The translations under genes and the position numbers were made by a program. A model generated the notes under the pieces. That model saw only the letters and a program-made list of their open reading frames with translations, did not search any database and was not told the DNA's origin. A stretch of 64,000 nucleotides of DNA from Candidatus Helarchaeota archaeon. GTDB lineage: Archaea; Asgardarchaeota; Lokiarchaeia; Helarchaeales; RDOG01. Where the stretch lies: NCBI GenBank assembly GCA_019058315.1, contig JAHPZH010000001.1, positions 1,265,432 through 1,329,431 on the forward strand, read 5' to 3'. Below are positions 1 through 10,331 of this stretch, piece after piece. Position 1 is the stretch's first letter; every line of letters begins with the position of its first letter.

Positions 1-489
1 AGAAACACAGGTGATTTTATATATTTCACCATCAACTTTTAATTCTTCTCCAACTATAGTTGTATTTTCTCCAGTCATAGGAATTTCATTACGAAGTAAT
101 TTTGGAGTACCCATATCTACTTCGACATTTTCAACCAAATTATCTTTTAAAAATAATTTGAGAATTTTAATACCCGCTAAAGTTTCTATCCGAATTTCCG
201 TATTTTTTGTTAACTTATATTCAAATGCATATTTTACAATAGCTCTGATACCATTTCCACACATCTCGGCCTCTGAGCCATCAGAATTGAAGATTCGCAT
301 TTTAAAATCAGCATTTCGACTATTTTCTAATATTAGAATACCATCTGCACCTATGCTGAATCTTCTCCTACAAAGAGCTTTAGCTAAATCTGAAAATTTA
401 TTCTCGGGAATTTTTTCTTCAATATTATTAATTAAAATAAAGTCATTTCCTATTGAAGAGTATTTAAAGAAATGCATAAAGTTTTTCAT
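1..489 (-). CDS. dapF: Diaminopimelate epimerase (partial; runs off the window edge; absent from the ORF track)
   Basis: Manual minus-strand translation from ATG 489: MKNFMHFFKYSSIGNDFILI...LCRRRFSIGADGILI...MRIFNSDGSEAEMCGNGIR, the DapF signature motifs. Confidence 0.93.
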   Translation of the reverse strand, partial: MKNFMHFFKYSSIGNDFILINNIEEKIPENKFSDLAKALCRRRFSIGADGILILENSRNADFKMRIFNSDGSEAEMCGNGIRAIVKYAFEYKLTKNTEIRIETLAGIKILKLFLKDNLVENVEVDMGTPKLLRNEIPMTGENTTIVGEELKVDGEIYKITCVS

Positions 490-580
490 CTCAAATATAA
501 TTTGATTTAATTGATTTTTCTATATATCTAATTTTCGACTTTTTAAAAAATTTTATAATAATATTTAACTTTTATTAATT

Positions 581-802
581 ATGCTTAGTTTAATTATTTC
601 TCAATTTCGCTTATTTAAAAATTTGATTAATAGTACAGATGAAAGCGAAGCTGCAGTTTCAACGAAAGAAAAATTTGCTTTATTTTGGCTTTTAATAGGG
701 GGGTTGATAATGGGCATATTCTTTTTAATATTTATATACATTTTTGCTACCACATATGAGTTTAGAGAATTTTCATTAGATTTTGGTGGTCCCCCAGGAT
801 AA
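581..802 (+). CDS. Small single-pass membrane protein, hypothetical
   Basis: One long hydrophobic stretch (FALFWLLIGGLIMGIFFLIFIYIF); ends 20 bp before the GTPase gene. Confidence 0.5.
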   Translation: MLSLIISQFRLFKNLINSTDESEAAVSTKEKFALFWLLIGGLIMGIFFLIFIYIFATTYEFREFSLDFGGPPG

Positions 803-822
803 TAGATTGGAATGAGACGTTC

Positions 823-1692
823 ATGGAAAAGCTAAAGTTTAAAATTGCAATATTAGGGGAGCCAGAGGTTGGGAAAAGCACCTTAAACACATTCTGTCAA
901 CAAAGGTTTGATCAAAAATTAGAAGCTCTACATGAAAACATATTCGGTGTTTCCTTTGCAGTAAAAATATTAAAATCTATAGATGTTCAAATTACACTAG
1001 TTGTATGGTCATTTACTGGGCAAGATCGTTATCGATCTTTAAGACCACAGTATATTAAAGGTGTATCCGGCATTTTGCTCCTATTTGATATAACCAGGAG
1101 AGAAACTTTTGAAAAACTCTCAGATTGGATATCTTTTTTAAGAAAACATAATTCTAACGTTCCAATAATATTATTAGGAAATAAAGCAGATTTATTTGAA
1201 AAAAGGAAAGTAAAAGATGAAGAAATAGAGGATTTCATTAATGATAACATGCTCCAAGGATATTATGAGATTTCTTTAAAAACAGGCTTTAATGTGGAAC
1301 AATCAATTGTGCGTCTTGCGGAAATGGTATATCAATTTATGAAAACCGGAGTAAAGGTTCCTATTAAATTAAAAATTGAGAGAAAAGAAGAAAGACCATT
1401 AGAAATCGACAATAAGAAATTTTTTGATAGTTTTATAATTACTCTGAGGGAGATTAGCAGACAAATTTACAATGAAATTTCAAATAAGATAGCAAATTTA
1501 CCAGAAATTTCACACGTCACGACTATTAGTAAGATATTAGGAGAAATTAGCTCATATGATATAAAAATTAAAAAATTATTTGAAGATTTGCCTATATCAA
1601 TTGAAGTATCAGTTAAAAAGAATTTACTTAAAGATTGGGAATCTAAAAAAGATGAACTTCTTACTAATATTAAAAAAATAAAGACAATGTGA
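823..1692 (+). CDS. Rab/Ras-like small GTPase with C-terminal helical extension
   Basis: G1 GEPEVGKS, variant G3 WSFTGQ, G4 NKAD, G5 SLK; about 115 extra C-terminal residues. Confidence 0.85.
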   Translation: MEKLKFKIAILGEPEVGKSTLNTFCQQRFDQKLEALHENIFGVSFAVKILKSIDVQITLVVWSFTGQDRYRSLRPQYIKGVSGILLLFDITRRETFEKLSDWISFLRKHNSNVPIILLGNKADLFEKRKVKDEEIEDFINDNMLQGYYEISLKTGFNVEQSIVRLAEMVYQFMKTGVKVPIKLKIERKEERPLEIDNKKFFDSFIITLREISRQIYNEISNKIANLPEISHVTTISKILGEISSYDIKIKKLFEDLPISIEVSVKKNLLKDWESKKDELLTNIKKIKTM

Positions 1693-1722
1693 CTTTAATT
1701 AAATCTATTTTTATAGAAAATA

Positions 1723-3294
1723 TCACTTCTCTATGCGGAACTGGAGAGAAGTTATTGAATGAGGGGGAAATTCATGTGAATATGGATTAGCTCCATTACT
1801 TAGAGTATTTTCTTTTAAATCAATCTCATTTGGCGATTTTTTACTGTTTGTTATAAATGGATTATCATGATATAATAAACACATTTCAATATTAGGATTA
1901 ATTTTTATATCAATTTCATTATTAAAATTAAATTTTGCTTGAACTGCTTCTTTATAATGCTTATTTATACAAAAGAAAGAGAATGTTTTACCATCTTCAG
2001 AAATTGTTGCTATAATATCAAGAACTGGTCGTTTCAAAGTAGGTATATTCTTTCCAAACGGTTTTGAAGTAATAATAGGGCAATCCATTTGTATAGGTAA
2101 AAAATTTGCCTGTATAGCTTTACTATACATTTTGAAAACATGAAAATGGGGATTTAAAACAACTTGATTATCATATGTTAGTATCATTCCAATACAATTT
2201 ACCATTTGGGCAAAGTTGGCCATTCCAATTGATTTTGCATGACGAATTAAAGTATTTAATACACCTGCAGTCCATAAACCATCTCTTAAAATATAGGGAG
2301 GTTTATCTGCCCTATATATTTGGCTATAATGATACCAAATATTCCATTCATCAAGTGCGATTTTGCATTTATCAAAACCATTAGGGCCTAAAGTTGCTAG
2401 AATATCTTCTTCAGTTTTGATAATTAGATCTTCTACACAATAAGAAGAATTGACAATACTATAATACACCCTTTCTGTAGCAGGAAGGGGGTTTTTTCTT
2501 AAAAGATTTGAAAGTATTCCAATCATTGGTAAATAAATATGAACAGAAAGATAATCTACATGATCTTTGATTTGCTCAAGAAGAGGACGATTCCAGTTTG
2601 AACGATTACATCCACAAGCGATAAATTTTATTGTAGGATCAACTTTTCGCATTGCTTTTGTAAATTCAATATATCTCCTTGCGTATTTTTGGGGAGTTTT
2701 ACAGTATCCTTTCTCCCAAAATCCGTATATTTCATTAGCAATCCCCCAATACTTAACGTTATATGGTTCTTTATGACCATTTTTTACTCTTAATTTTCCA
2801 TATTCAGAATTTTTATCACCATTGGTATATTCCACCCAATCCACAGCTTCTTCAATAGTACCAGAACCAAAGTTAATGTTAAGATACTTTTCTGCATTTA
2901 ATTTCTCGCATAATGTTAGAAATTCATCCGTTCCAAAATGATTCCTTTCTTTAGGACCCACATTATACAAGGCACTCTTAAGAAGTCCACCCCAAGCTTT
3001 ATTTCTACGCTTGGGACGTTTATCACGAGGTCCAATACCATCTTTCCAGTGATAAGTATCAGAAAAGCAGCCCCCTGGGTATCTTATTATTGGTGGTTTT
3101 AATTCTGCCATTTTTTGAAAGAGATCTGCAGGTACTCGCTCTAGTAGAAACTCATTTAATAAAAGGCGTTTAGTTTCTTTATACATCCATATCCCATTTT
3201 CGATACAACGCCCTAAATGTTCAATAAAATGACCCAAAATTAAGGTGGAAATTGGAATCCGTTCAACTTTAGGATCTAAATTTATATTTACCAT
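1723..3294 (-). CDS. Alpha-L-arabinofuranosidase, GH51
   Basis: GHFIEHLGRCI, RYPGGCFSDTYHWKDGIGP, WGIANE and DEWNIW catalytic-Glu motifs, ANFAQMVN. Confidence 0.92.
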   Translation of the reverse strand: MVNINLDPKVERIPISTLILGHFIEHLGRCIENGIWMYKETKRLLLNEFLLERVPADLFQKMAELKPPIIRYPGGCFSDTYHWKDGIGPRDKRPKRRNKAWGGLLKSALYNVGPKERNHFGTDEFLTLCEKLNAEKYLNINFGSGTIEEAVDWVEYTNGDKNSEYGKLRVKNGHKEPYNVKYWGIANEIYGFWEKGYCKTPQKYARRYIEFTKAMRKVDPTIKFIACGCNRSNWNRPLLEQIKDHVDYLSVHIYLPMIGILSNLLRKNPLPATERVYYSIVNSSYCVEDLIIKTEEDILATLGPNGFDKCKIALDEWNIWYHYSQIYRADKPPYILRDGLWTAGVLNTLIRHAKSIGMANFAQMVNCIGMILTYDNQVVLNPHFHVFKMYSKAIQANFLPIQMDCPIITSKPFGKNIPTLKRPVLDIIATISEDGKTFSFFCINKHYKEAVQAKFNFNNEIDIKINPNIEMCLLYHDNPFITNSKKSPNEIDLKENTLSNGANPYSHEFPPHSITSLQFRIEK

Positions 3295-3512
3295 CGCTTT
3301 TATTTTAATAACCTCATTTAAGCCTCTTTGAACAATATAAATTTATTTTGCATTAATTTTTATTTCTATAGTCAATTGACTCTCATTAATAATTTTTTAT
3401 ATAGTAAATTATTGGAATTAATTCGACAAAATTGCCAAACATTTTTAGATTCAGAATTAATTATTTGATTTTAGGCATAGAGTGTCAATTAATTACATTA
3501 ATGGTTTTATTA

Positions 3513-3797
3513 ATGAGTCCTTATTATGTTTATATTGTTAGATGTAAAGGCGGAACACTCTATACAGGTTATACTAATAATATAAAACGTCGATTAAAAG
3601 AACATAATAATGGACAAAGTAAGTATTGTAGGGGTAGACGCCCAGTTAAACTTCAATATTTTGAGATTTATAGGACTCAAAAGTCAGCAATGAGACGTGA
3701 ACTTGAAATTAAAAAATTAACAAGGAAAGACAAATTGAAATTAATAAAAAATAATTCAGATAGCAATATTAAAATCGAGAAAAATTATCCTAAATAA
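3513..3797 (+). CDS. GIY-YIG nuclease family protein (UPF0213-like)
   Basis: YYVYIVRC..LYTGYTNNIKRRLKEHN..AMRRELEIK; in-frame ATG 3513 is more likely than the track's TTG 3432. Confidence 0.88.
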   Translation: MSPYYVYIVRCKGGTLYTGYTNNIKRRLKEHNNGQSKYCRGRRPVKLQYFEIYRTQKSAMRRELEIKKLTRKDKLKLIKNNSDSNIKIEKNYPK

Positions 3798-3804
3798 GTA
3801 TTTT

Positions 3805-4653
3805 TTACCTTGGTTTTCCTATTACCGATAAATGGATTTGAAATACATTTAGGGGAACAAGGAGACTAAATTTTAGGTGTTCTTGATATTTTTTACGAAG
3901 ACCTATCCATGTTTTCAAAGCTTTAGGGCATACTTTAAGTTTTTTAAAATAATCGATAATTTCATTTATATTAGGACAATCATTATGAACATAATAATAT
4001 GAAGCAAGTAAGCTCCATTTGAAGCTCTCCATTTCGTAAAGTGTTGCTCTTTTATCAAACGGTACTGTAATCAATCCACCAATAGCTGTTAATCCATTCA
4101 TAATTGCACTTTTTAAGAGTTGAAATACCGAAACTTTTGGAAGTTTTGTAGTTTTAACTAAATTTTCTCCATAGAGTGTATGGGCTCTACCAATAACACT
4201 TCCCATAACAATATCGTTTGGTGCAAGTATAGCTGCCATAATTTTATTAACAGAAAAAACCTTTGAAAACTTTCCACTAAGAAAATCCTTCTCTCGACAA
4301 ATAAAGTGAGAGATAAACATACCAGTTGATTTATCTACGCAGTATAAGATTGATTGAATTATATTTTTTTTAGGTTTTAAATAACCGCACTTTATTTCAA
4401 ATGCCATAAGAACTCTATTTAAATATTTTATCTTTTTCTTTGAAACCTTGTTCGAAACGACAATTAGGATGTCTGCGTCGCTATCTTTAGTACAATATCC
4501 TTTTACAATTGATCCAAAGATAATAATTGAACGTAAATCTTCCCCAAGTGTTCTATGAAGAAATGGAACTATTGAATTTAAGTATTTATCTGCTTTTTGA
4601 GGAATATTTATACCGGTTTTATTTAACTGAGGACGTAAATTCTTTAACTGCAA
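3805..4653 (-). CDS. Pol-beta-type nucleotidyltransferase domain protein
   Basis: IIFGSIVKG...DSDADILIV motif followed by a helical C-terminal domain. Confidence 0.8.
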   Translation of the reverse strand: MQLKNLRPQLNKTGINIPQKADKYLNSIVPFLHRTLGEDLRSIIIFGSIVKGYCTKDSDADILIVVSNKVSKKKIKYLNRVLMAFEIKCGYLKPKKNIIQSILYCVDKSTGMFISHFICREKDFLSGKFSKVFSVNKIMAAILAPNDIVMGSVIGRAHTLYGENLVKTTKLPKVSVFQLLKSAIMNGLTAIGGLITVPFDKRATLYEMESFKWSLLASYYYVHNDCPNINEIIDYFKKLKVCPKALKTWIGLRKKYQEHLKFSLLVPLNVFQIHLSVIGKPR

Positions 4654-4808
4654 GATTACAACCAGCTCTTAAGATACTATATTCCTATTATTAAAGTTAA
4701 ACAATAATCGAGTTTTAATAAATAAAAAGGTTTGTATTATAAATTCAATTAGAATTTATTTCTTAAAATAATGAATAAACTTTATAAATTTAAGATAGGA
4801 ATATTCTT

Positions 4809-7169
4809 TTAAAATATTTTTATTTCGCTTATTTCAGAAGGCGATAAATTGTATAAATTAAATACTAAATCGTTTATTTTTTCTATAATTTCTTTTAACA
4901 CTTTATTATTAGCATTTAAATGAGCTTTTTCTGATAGGATGGCTAAATTTTCGTGAATTTCATTATTTTGATCAAATTTAGGGAGATTTAGGAATTTTAA
5001 AATTGAAGGAGGAGCAAATGATTTTCCTCCTTTTAAAGAAAATTTTTGTAGAAGAAATGAGCATAATTTTGAATTCATAATTGAACAGACATAATAAGCT
5101 TCATTTTTATCATTAAATGGGATAAATGTTAAAACATTATCAGGAATAACAACTCTTTTTCCTATATCATTAATTTTAATAGGTGACAATACAGAAGCAT
5201 TTAGCTTATTTCCCATACGATTCCATACTACCTTAAATGGAGCGAATGTATATGTTCCAATATTAAACATCGTAAAAAAAGGTGCTTTTGAACCTTGAAA
5301 ATATTTTTTAAACATTGGACGTTCTTTTAAAAAATTTTCAAAATTTTTCAAATATCGATAAGTTTTAGGAAATTTCTTTTCTAAATCTTTAAAACCACTT
5401 CTTTTTTCAGGATCTTGGACCATTAAAGTAAAAGTATAATCATCAATTGTTGTCCAAGGCCTCAAATTTTTACTTTTAACCAAGGGATAGATTATATCTT
5501 TTTCTATAAGATGTCTAATTCTTTTAATCTTTTTTTTACCTTCTTCAATTCTATTTTCAATAATTATGTAATCGCCATCTGGTTTCAATACATTTACCCA
5601 ATAAATTCCATTAGCCCCTCCTGTATTAAGTCCAAGATGTCCAACATAAGGAGATGGACCAATTAATCTTTTTAATTTTAATAATTTTTTTGTGGTAGTA
5701 AACCAAGGGGATGTAGGTTTTGCAATAGGTTCAGCATATAATTCTTTGGTTTTTAGCTTAATTACTTGATCCATACAATCTTCTTTGAAACTAGATTTTT
5801 CAATTTCAATTATCTTTGTATAGGGAATTGGATATTCAGTTTCTATTCCTTTTTTAATAATTAAGATAGATGTCATATTAGATGCATTTTGAAATGGTCT
5901 AACATCAACCAGATCTATTACTTCAATAACTTTCAGATGTTCTTCATTACCGATTTGAAACCTACGGAAGCCTTCACCCGCACCTAAAGTTTTGAATACT
6001 GTTTGGGTTATTAAAAATCCAAGTAACCCATTTTTTTTCAAATATTTATCCGCAACTGTGTAAGTAAAAAGCATTGAAATATCTTTTCTGCCCCCTCCCA
6101 ATCTTGCTTCATGTCCTTTTAACGAAAAAAGACCATAATTTTTCCATAAATTAATTGTAGATTCCCTATAAACATTATCTAGATCTTCCCAATTGATCCA
6201 TGGTGGATTTCCAATTATAAGATCAAATTTAAAGGTTAAAGGAGAAGCACTAATAACATCATAGGAGTAAATTGGAATTTCTATTAGTTCTTTAATAAAA
6301 GGAATTAATGTGTGGATCGCAAATAAATAATTTGTTTTAGCAGTGATGATTGCCAATGGATTAATTTCGAAGCCAATTATAGTTTCCAAAATGCTCGATA
6401 ATAAATTTGTTTTATTAATTGTTGATTTGTAATATTTTTTTAATATTTTCTTTATCTCCAAACTAAGAAATATACCCGAGCCACAACTGGGGTCTAATAT
6501 TTTATTATTTAATTCCCCATTAAACCCAATTTTATCAATTAAGAAGTTTGCAAGCCAGACTGGAGTATAATATTCTCCTAACTGGTGTCTTATACCTTTC
6601 GGGATAATGTTTTGGTATAATATTTGGAGATGATCAATATTTTCTTCTTTTAATATTTCCTCATAATCAATTTCGGATATTTTAATAATTAATCCTCGAA
6701 AAAATGTTTCAATTTCTTCATTCCAACTAGAAAGATACCAAGAGAATATATTTTCATTTGAAAAATTCGAGACTCCTAGATTTTCAAATAAATTTCCATT
6801 TTCTAATTTCTCTAAATTTTTATGTAAATCATTTAGAATTGAATTAAATGCGGAAATTTGAGGCGTTTTCTTTTTTTCAATTAATAATCCATAAGCTAAT
6901 AATTTTATTATAATACTAAAATATGTTTGGATAGCAAATAAGAAGTATCCTAAATTATTTTTAGAAATATCATACTCATTTTCTAATTTCTTATCAATTC
7001 TTTGAATTTTGGAAAGTTTACCATAAATTTTTTCAAAAATTGATTGCCATCTTTTATAAAAAGTCTTCATATTTTGTTTTTTAATATTTTCAAAAAAATA
7101 TAGAATAATTTCTTTTGCAATCGGCTCATTAAGACCAAAATTTTGGAATAAAAACTCATTTTTTGGCAT
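4809..7169 (-). CDS. Gamma-class N6-adenine DNA methyltransferase with C-terminal TRD (Eco57I/TaqI-like)
   Basis: GEYYTP, LDPSCGSGIFL (motif I), IIGNPPW (motif IV), C-terminal KVVW TRD-like region. Confidence 0.88.
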   Translation of the reverse strand: MPKNEFLFQNFGLNEPIAKEIILYFFENIKKQNMKTFYKRWQSIFEKIYGKLSKIQRIDKKLENEYDISKNNLGYFLFAIQTYFSIIIKLLAYGLLIEKKKTPQISAFNSILNDLHKNLEKLENGNLFENLGVSNFSNENIFSWYLSSWNEEIETFFRGLIIKISEIDYEEILKEENIDHLQILYQNIIPKGIRHQLGEYYTPVWLANFLIDKIGFNGELNNKILDPSCGSGIFLSLEIKKILKKYYKSTINKTNLLSSILETIIGFEINPLAIITAKTNYLFAIHTLIPFIKELIEIPIYSYDVISASPLTFKFDLIIGNPPWINWEDLDNVYRESTINLWKNYGLFSLKGHEARLGGGRKDISMLFTYTVADKYLKKNGLLGFLITQTVFKTLGAGEGFRRFQIGNEEHLKVIEVIDLVDVRPFQNASNMTSILIIKKGIETEYPIPYTKIIEIEKSSFKEDCMDQVIKLKTKELYAEPIAKPTSPWFTTTKKLLKLKRLIGPSPYVGHLGLNTGGANGIYWVNVLKPDGDYIIIENRIEEGKKKIKRIRHLIEKDIIYPLVKSKNLRPWTTIDDYTFTLMVQDPEKRSGFKDLEKKFPKTYRYLKNFENFLKERPMFKKYFQGSKAPFFTMFNIGTYTFAPFKVVWNRMGNKLNASVLSPIKINDIGKRVVIPDNVLTFIPFNDKNEAYYVCSIMNSKLCSFLLQKFSLKGGKSFAPPSILKFLNLPKFDQNNEIHENLAILSEKAHLNANNKVLKEIIEKINDLVFNLYNLSPSEISEIKIF

Positions 7170-8049
7170 TTTCAGCCTTCGGTTTTCTGAAAATTAATAT
7201 AAACTGGTGGACAATTGAAGGAATCCAACTATAATTAATACCATACAGGTGTAATTTCTTTGCAACATCATACCAGATGATCTCTCCTTTAAGAACAAAT
7301 CCGATATTCTCAAGAATTTGAGTCAAATCAGAAGTCAATAAATGATATTTTTTCTTATAATACATATTACCAATGAAAACAGCACAGTATTTTTTAGGTT
7401 TTAAAACTCTATAACATTCAATAAAAACATTATGAAGAAGTTTTCTCCATTCATCTTTTGTTTTAGGAGCATTTTCATTGAATGATTTCAGTTTAGATTT
7501 TTCGGAGTATATTCCTTTTGCCTTTTCTCCAAATTTTTTATATGTTCCTTTAGATTTTTCCACTTTATCCATTAACCAATATGGAACATCAGTTAAAATA
7601 AAATCTACTTCGTTTGTATATGTTTTAAGATATATCTGGGAGTCTCCAACAATTATTTCTTCTTCTTTTATATTTTCTAATTTACACACTTTTTTATAGA
7701 TATTAACCCATTTGGGATTGATCTCAATTCCAATTCCACGTCTTTTTATTAAAGTGCATCCTATTAGGGTTCCGCCAACTCCTGCAAGGGGATCTAGAAC
7801 TAGTTGTCCCTCTTTTGTAAAAGTACTTATTAACTGTGCACATAATTCTGGCGGTTTTTGTCCCCCATGTTGGTTTCTTAGCTTTTGGAGTTGGAATGAA
7901 GGAGGATATGACTTTGGTATAACGCTTTTAGTGGAAAATATCCATTCTTTTCCCGTAAAATCGTTAATTTTATTCCTCTTATCATAAAAGCCGCGAGATT
8001 CTCCCAATTCATCAAATAATTCTATTTTATTATTATTTGTGTTATCCAA
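7156..8049 (-). CDS. N4/N6 amino-DNA methyltransferase with permuted motif order
   Basis: HGGQKPPEL...VLDPLAGVGGT precedes ILTDVPYW and ECYRVLKPKKY; overlaps the downstream MTase by 14 bp. Confidence 0.8.
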   Translation of the reverse strand: MDNTNNNKIELFDELGESRGFYDKRNKINDFTGKEWIFSTKSVIPKSYPPSFQLQKLRNQHGGQKPPELCAQLISTFTKEGQLVLDPLAGVGGTLIGCTLIKRRGIGIEINPKWVNIYKKVCKLENIKEEEIIVGDSQIYLKTYTNEVDFILTDVPYWLMDKVEKSKGTYKKFGEKAKGIYSEKSKLKSFNENAPKTKDEWRKLLHNVFIECYRVLKPKKYCAVFIGNMYYKKKYHLLTSDLTQILENIGFVLKGEIIWYDVAKKLHLYGINYSWIPSIVHQFILIFRKPKAENAKK

Positions 8050-8111
8050 ATTTACGTCCCCTAGAATTTTATAAATTTCATTGAGATTCAGTATTATAAA
8101 GGAGTAAAACT

Positions 8112-8816
8112 TTATTTTGGGTTAAATTTGGCAGAAACTAGCGCATGATCACTGGAATATGGATCTAATTTTAGGACTTGAATTATTTCAAAATTATTTT
8201 TTTTCAAAATAGAAATTTGTTTGTCATAAATTTCTTCTGGTTTTTTTGTTACGTCTACACTTCGGGATTTTACACAAAGCAGGCTAAGACCACCATTTTT
8301 TAAAAACCAATTTGCATTATTCACAAGTATTTGGGCTTGTTCGGGCTGGGCAATATCACAATAAATCAAATCTACTTGATCTATAAGTAGCGAATATTTT
8401 TCTGGAAATCTAGCATCTCCAAAAATTGGAATTAGATTTGATCGAACTTTACAATGCTCTACAAATTCCCTTATTACACGTTGTGCAAATTCAAGACAAT
8501 ATATCGTTCCACCAGCTCCCATTATATCGGAAATATGGCTAGCAGTAGTGCCGGAAGCAGATCCTAAATATAATAATTTATCTTCTGTATTCGATTTGAT
8601 TGGTAAGTTTTTAAGATTTTTTAGTATAGCTGCTGCTAATTTACTCCTTCTAGCATTCCATAAACGATATTCTATCCCATTTATAGAAACTAAACGTTCA
8701 TCATATACTGTTTTTCCTGGAGTTAAATTTTTAGTAGCCAATCTATCTATTTCATCTTCTAATGTTATCCAGTAAATTCCAGGAAATTTTTCATGTGGTT
8801 TTATTTTTATCTTCAC
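8112..8816 (-). CDS. flpA: Fibrillarin-like rRNA/tRNA 2'-O-methyltransferase
   Basis: YRLWNARRSKLAAAI, LYLGSASGTTASHISD, DIAQPEQ; overlaps nop5 by 4 bp. Confidence 0.97.
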   Translation of the reverse strand: MKIKIKPHEKFPGIYWITLEDEIDRLATKNLTPGKTVYDERLVSINGIEYRLWNARRSKLAAAILKNLKNLPIKSNTEDKLLYLGSASGTTASHISDIMGAGGTIYCLEFAQRVIREFVEHCKVRSNLIPIFGDARFPEKYSLLIDQVDLIYCDIAQPEQAQILVNNANWFLKNGGLSLLCVKSRSVDVTKKPEEIYDKQISILKKNNFEIIQVLKLDPYSSDHALVSAKFNPK

Positions 8817-10084
8817 TTTTTACCCTTTTTTTGCTTTTTTTTATCGGACTTATTCCATTTCTTTCTTCTTTTTTTATCTCTCTTTTTCTTTTTTTCTTTT
8901 TTCTCTTTGATAACTTCTTTTTTCTTCTTTGGTGGTTCTTTATACTTAGCATTTAGCGCATTAATCGTTGAATTTAAGCTATCTAAAAGATCATCAGCTA
9001 CATATTCGCCTGAAAAGGCATCTACCCTAGCTGCAATAGATAATTTGCTTGCAGTGGCTCTTGCTATTTTTCCACGGAGCCACCACTTCGCATTATAAAT
9101 AGGTTCCCATTGAAAAATAATTCCATGTTTTGGAGGTTTTGCTCCGGTTTTAAGAGAACGGAATAAAGCTCGCTCTGCTCCTAATACCTGTACAGTTGAA
9201 GAAGGTTTTTGCGCTAGCTCCATTATACCACCAGCTGCGCTTATCAAACGTGCTCCTAGCATAGCCCCTACCATGCCACGAAGATTTGGAGCAACTTCCA
9301 ACATTGCCTCATCTATATATTTTGCAAGAGTATCTCTTAATTTATATAGAACTACTCCTTCGGAAGCAAAATGTTGTAATGGTAGCAGATCAATCTCTTG
9401 GATTTGTGATCCCATAGAGTTTTTTGCTAAACTAGAAATTTTTTTGGCTTTCTCTTGCGTATAATTCATAATTTCAGTTAATTCATTAACTTTATATTTG
9501 GTTCTGAATCCAAATTGAGAAATTAGTTTTAAAAATGTCGTATGATTTGATATCTCTTTATCTAATTCAGGAAAATGAAGACCATACCATTCCCTCATAC
9601 GGGCAGAAAAAATATTTAGAGCCTTATCGATATCATCAACTGATTCTATTGCTTGAATAATTAATTTATCCTTTCTCTCAGATGCTTTTTTTACCTTTTT
9701 TCTAGTTAATTGAATATTTATTTCTTGGAGATATTTTTTAAATTCGTCCTCAGTTTTAAAAACATTTAAACTCTTGCCTAATTCGAAAAGTTTAGCTCTA
9801 ACTTTTTTCCCAACGGGACTTGGTTTCTCGATTTGAATCTTAAATTTAAATTTTTCCTTAATCTCTTGAGCCAATTCATTATCTTCTAATAGTAATTCAT
9901 TAACTTCTTTTTCTTTAATGTCATTTAATAATTCAATAAATTCAGGAATTAATTTATTCGCTTGAACAGAATAAAGCTTTTCAGCAACATCATCTCTTTT
10001 TACAAATAATTTCTTGCTGAATATTTCTCCATTTTCATTAAATGCGAAAATTCCCATTATATTAGGCAAAATCGTAACTGTCAA
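8813..10084 (-). CDS. nop5: C/D box RNP subunit Nop5 (Nop56/58)
   Basis: REWYGLHFPEL, APNL, SSTVQVLGAERALF, PKHGIIF, RGKIAR; Lys-rich tail. Confidence 0.97.
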   Translation of the reverse strand: MTVTILPNIMGIFAFNENGEIFSKKLFVKRDDVAEKLYSVQANKLIPEFIELLNDIKEKEVNELLLEDNELAQEIKEKFKFKIQIEKPSPVGKKVRAKLFELGKSLNVFKTEDEFKKYLQEINIQLTRKKVKKASERKDKLIIQAIESVDDIDKALNIFSARMREWYGLHFPELDKEISNHTTFLKLISQFGFRTKYKVNELTEIMNYTQEKAKKISSLAKNSMGSQIQEIDLLPLQHFASEGVVLYKLRDTLAKYIDEAMLEVAPNLRGMVGAMLGARLISAAGGIMELAQKPSSTVQVLGAERALFRSLKTGAKPPKHGIIFQWEPIYNAKWWLRGKIARATASKLSIAARVDAFSGEYVADDLLDSLNSTINALNAKYKEPPKKKKEVIKEKKEKKKKRDKKRRKKWNKSDKKKQKKGKK

Positions 10085-10331
10085 TTAGGAATTCCTCTTG
10101 ATAAATTTTGTATTTAATATCCTTAATCTAATAATTAAAATTATTGTGCAAGAAATAATTTATCAATCTTATTAATCCAAAATAAATTTTAAAAAAAGTA
10201 AATTAATCCAATAAATTACATTAGATAGTAGTAATTTACCCCCACTTCCCGACATTCCATTTTTAAATTAACCTAATTTTATTTTTAAATAGAGATGGTG
10301 CAATTTTATGCCTTAAATTAAATACTCATTT

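Noticed and set aside
11-505. 164-aa plus-strand ORF in the track
   Set aside because: Antisense shadow of dapF, which has clear motifs on the minus strand
8762-9098. Phe-rich, apparently hydrophobic plus-strand ORFs
   Set aside because: Antisense of the Lys-rich Nop5 tail; the other short track ORFs nested in long genes were likewise treated as shadows
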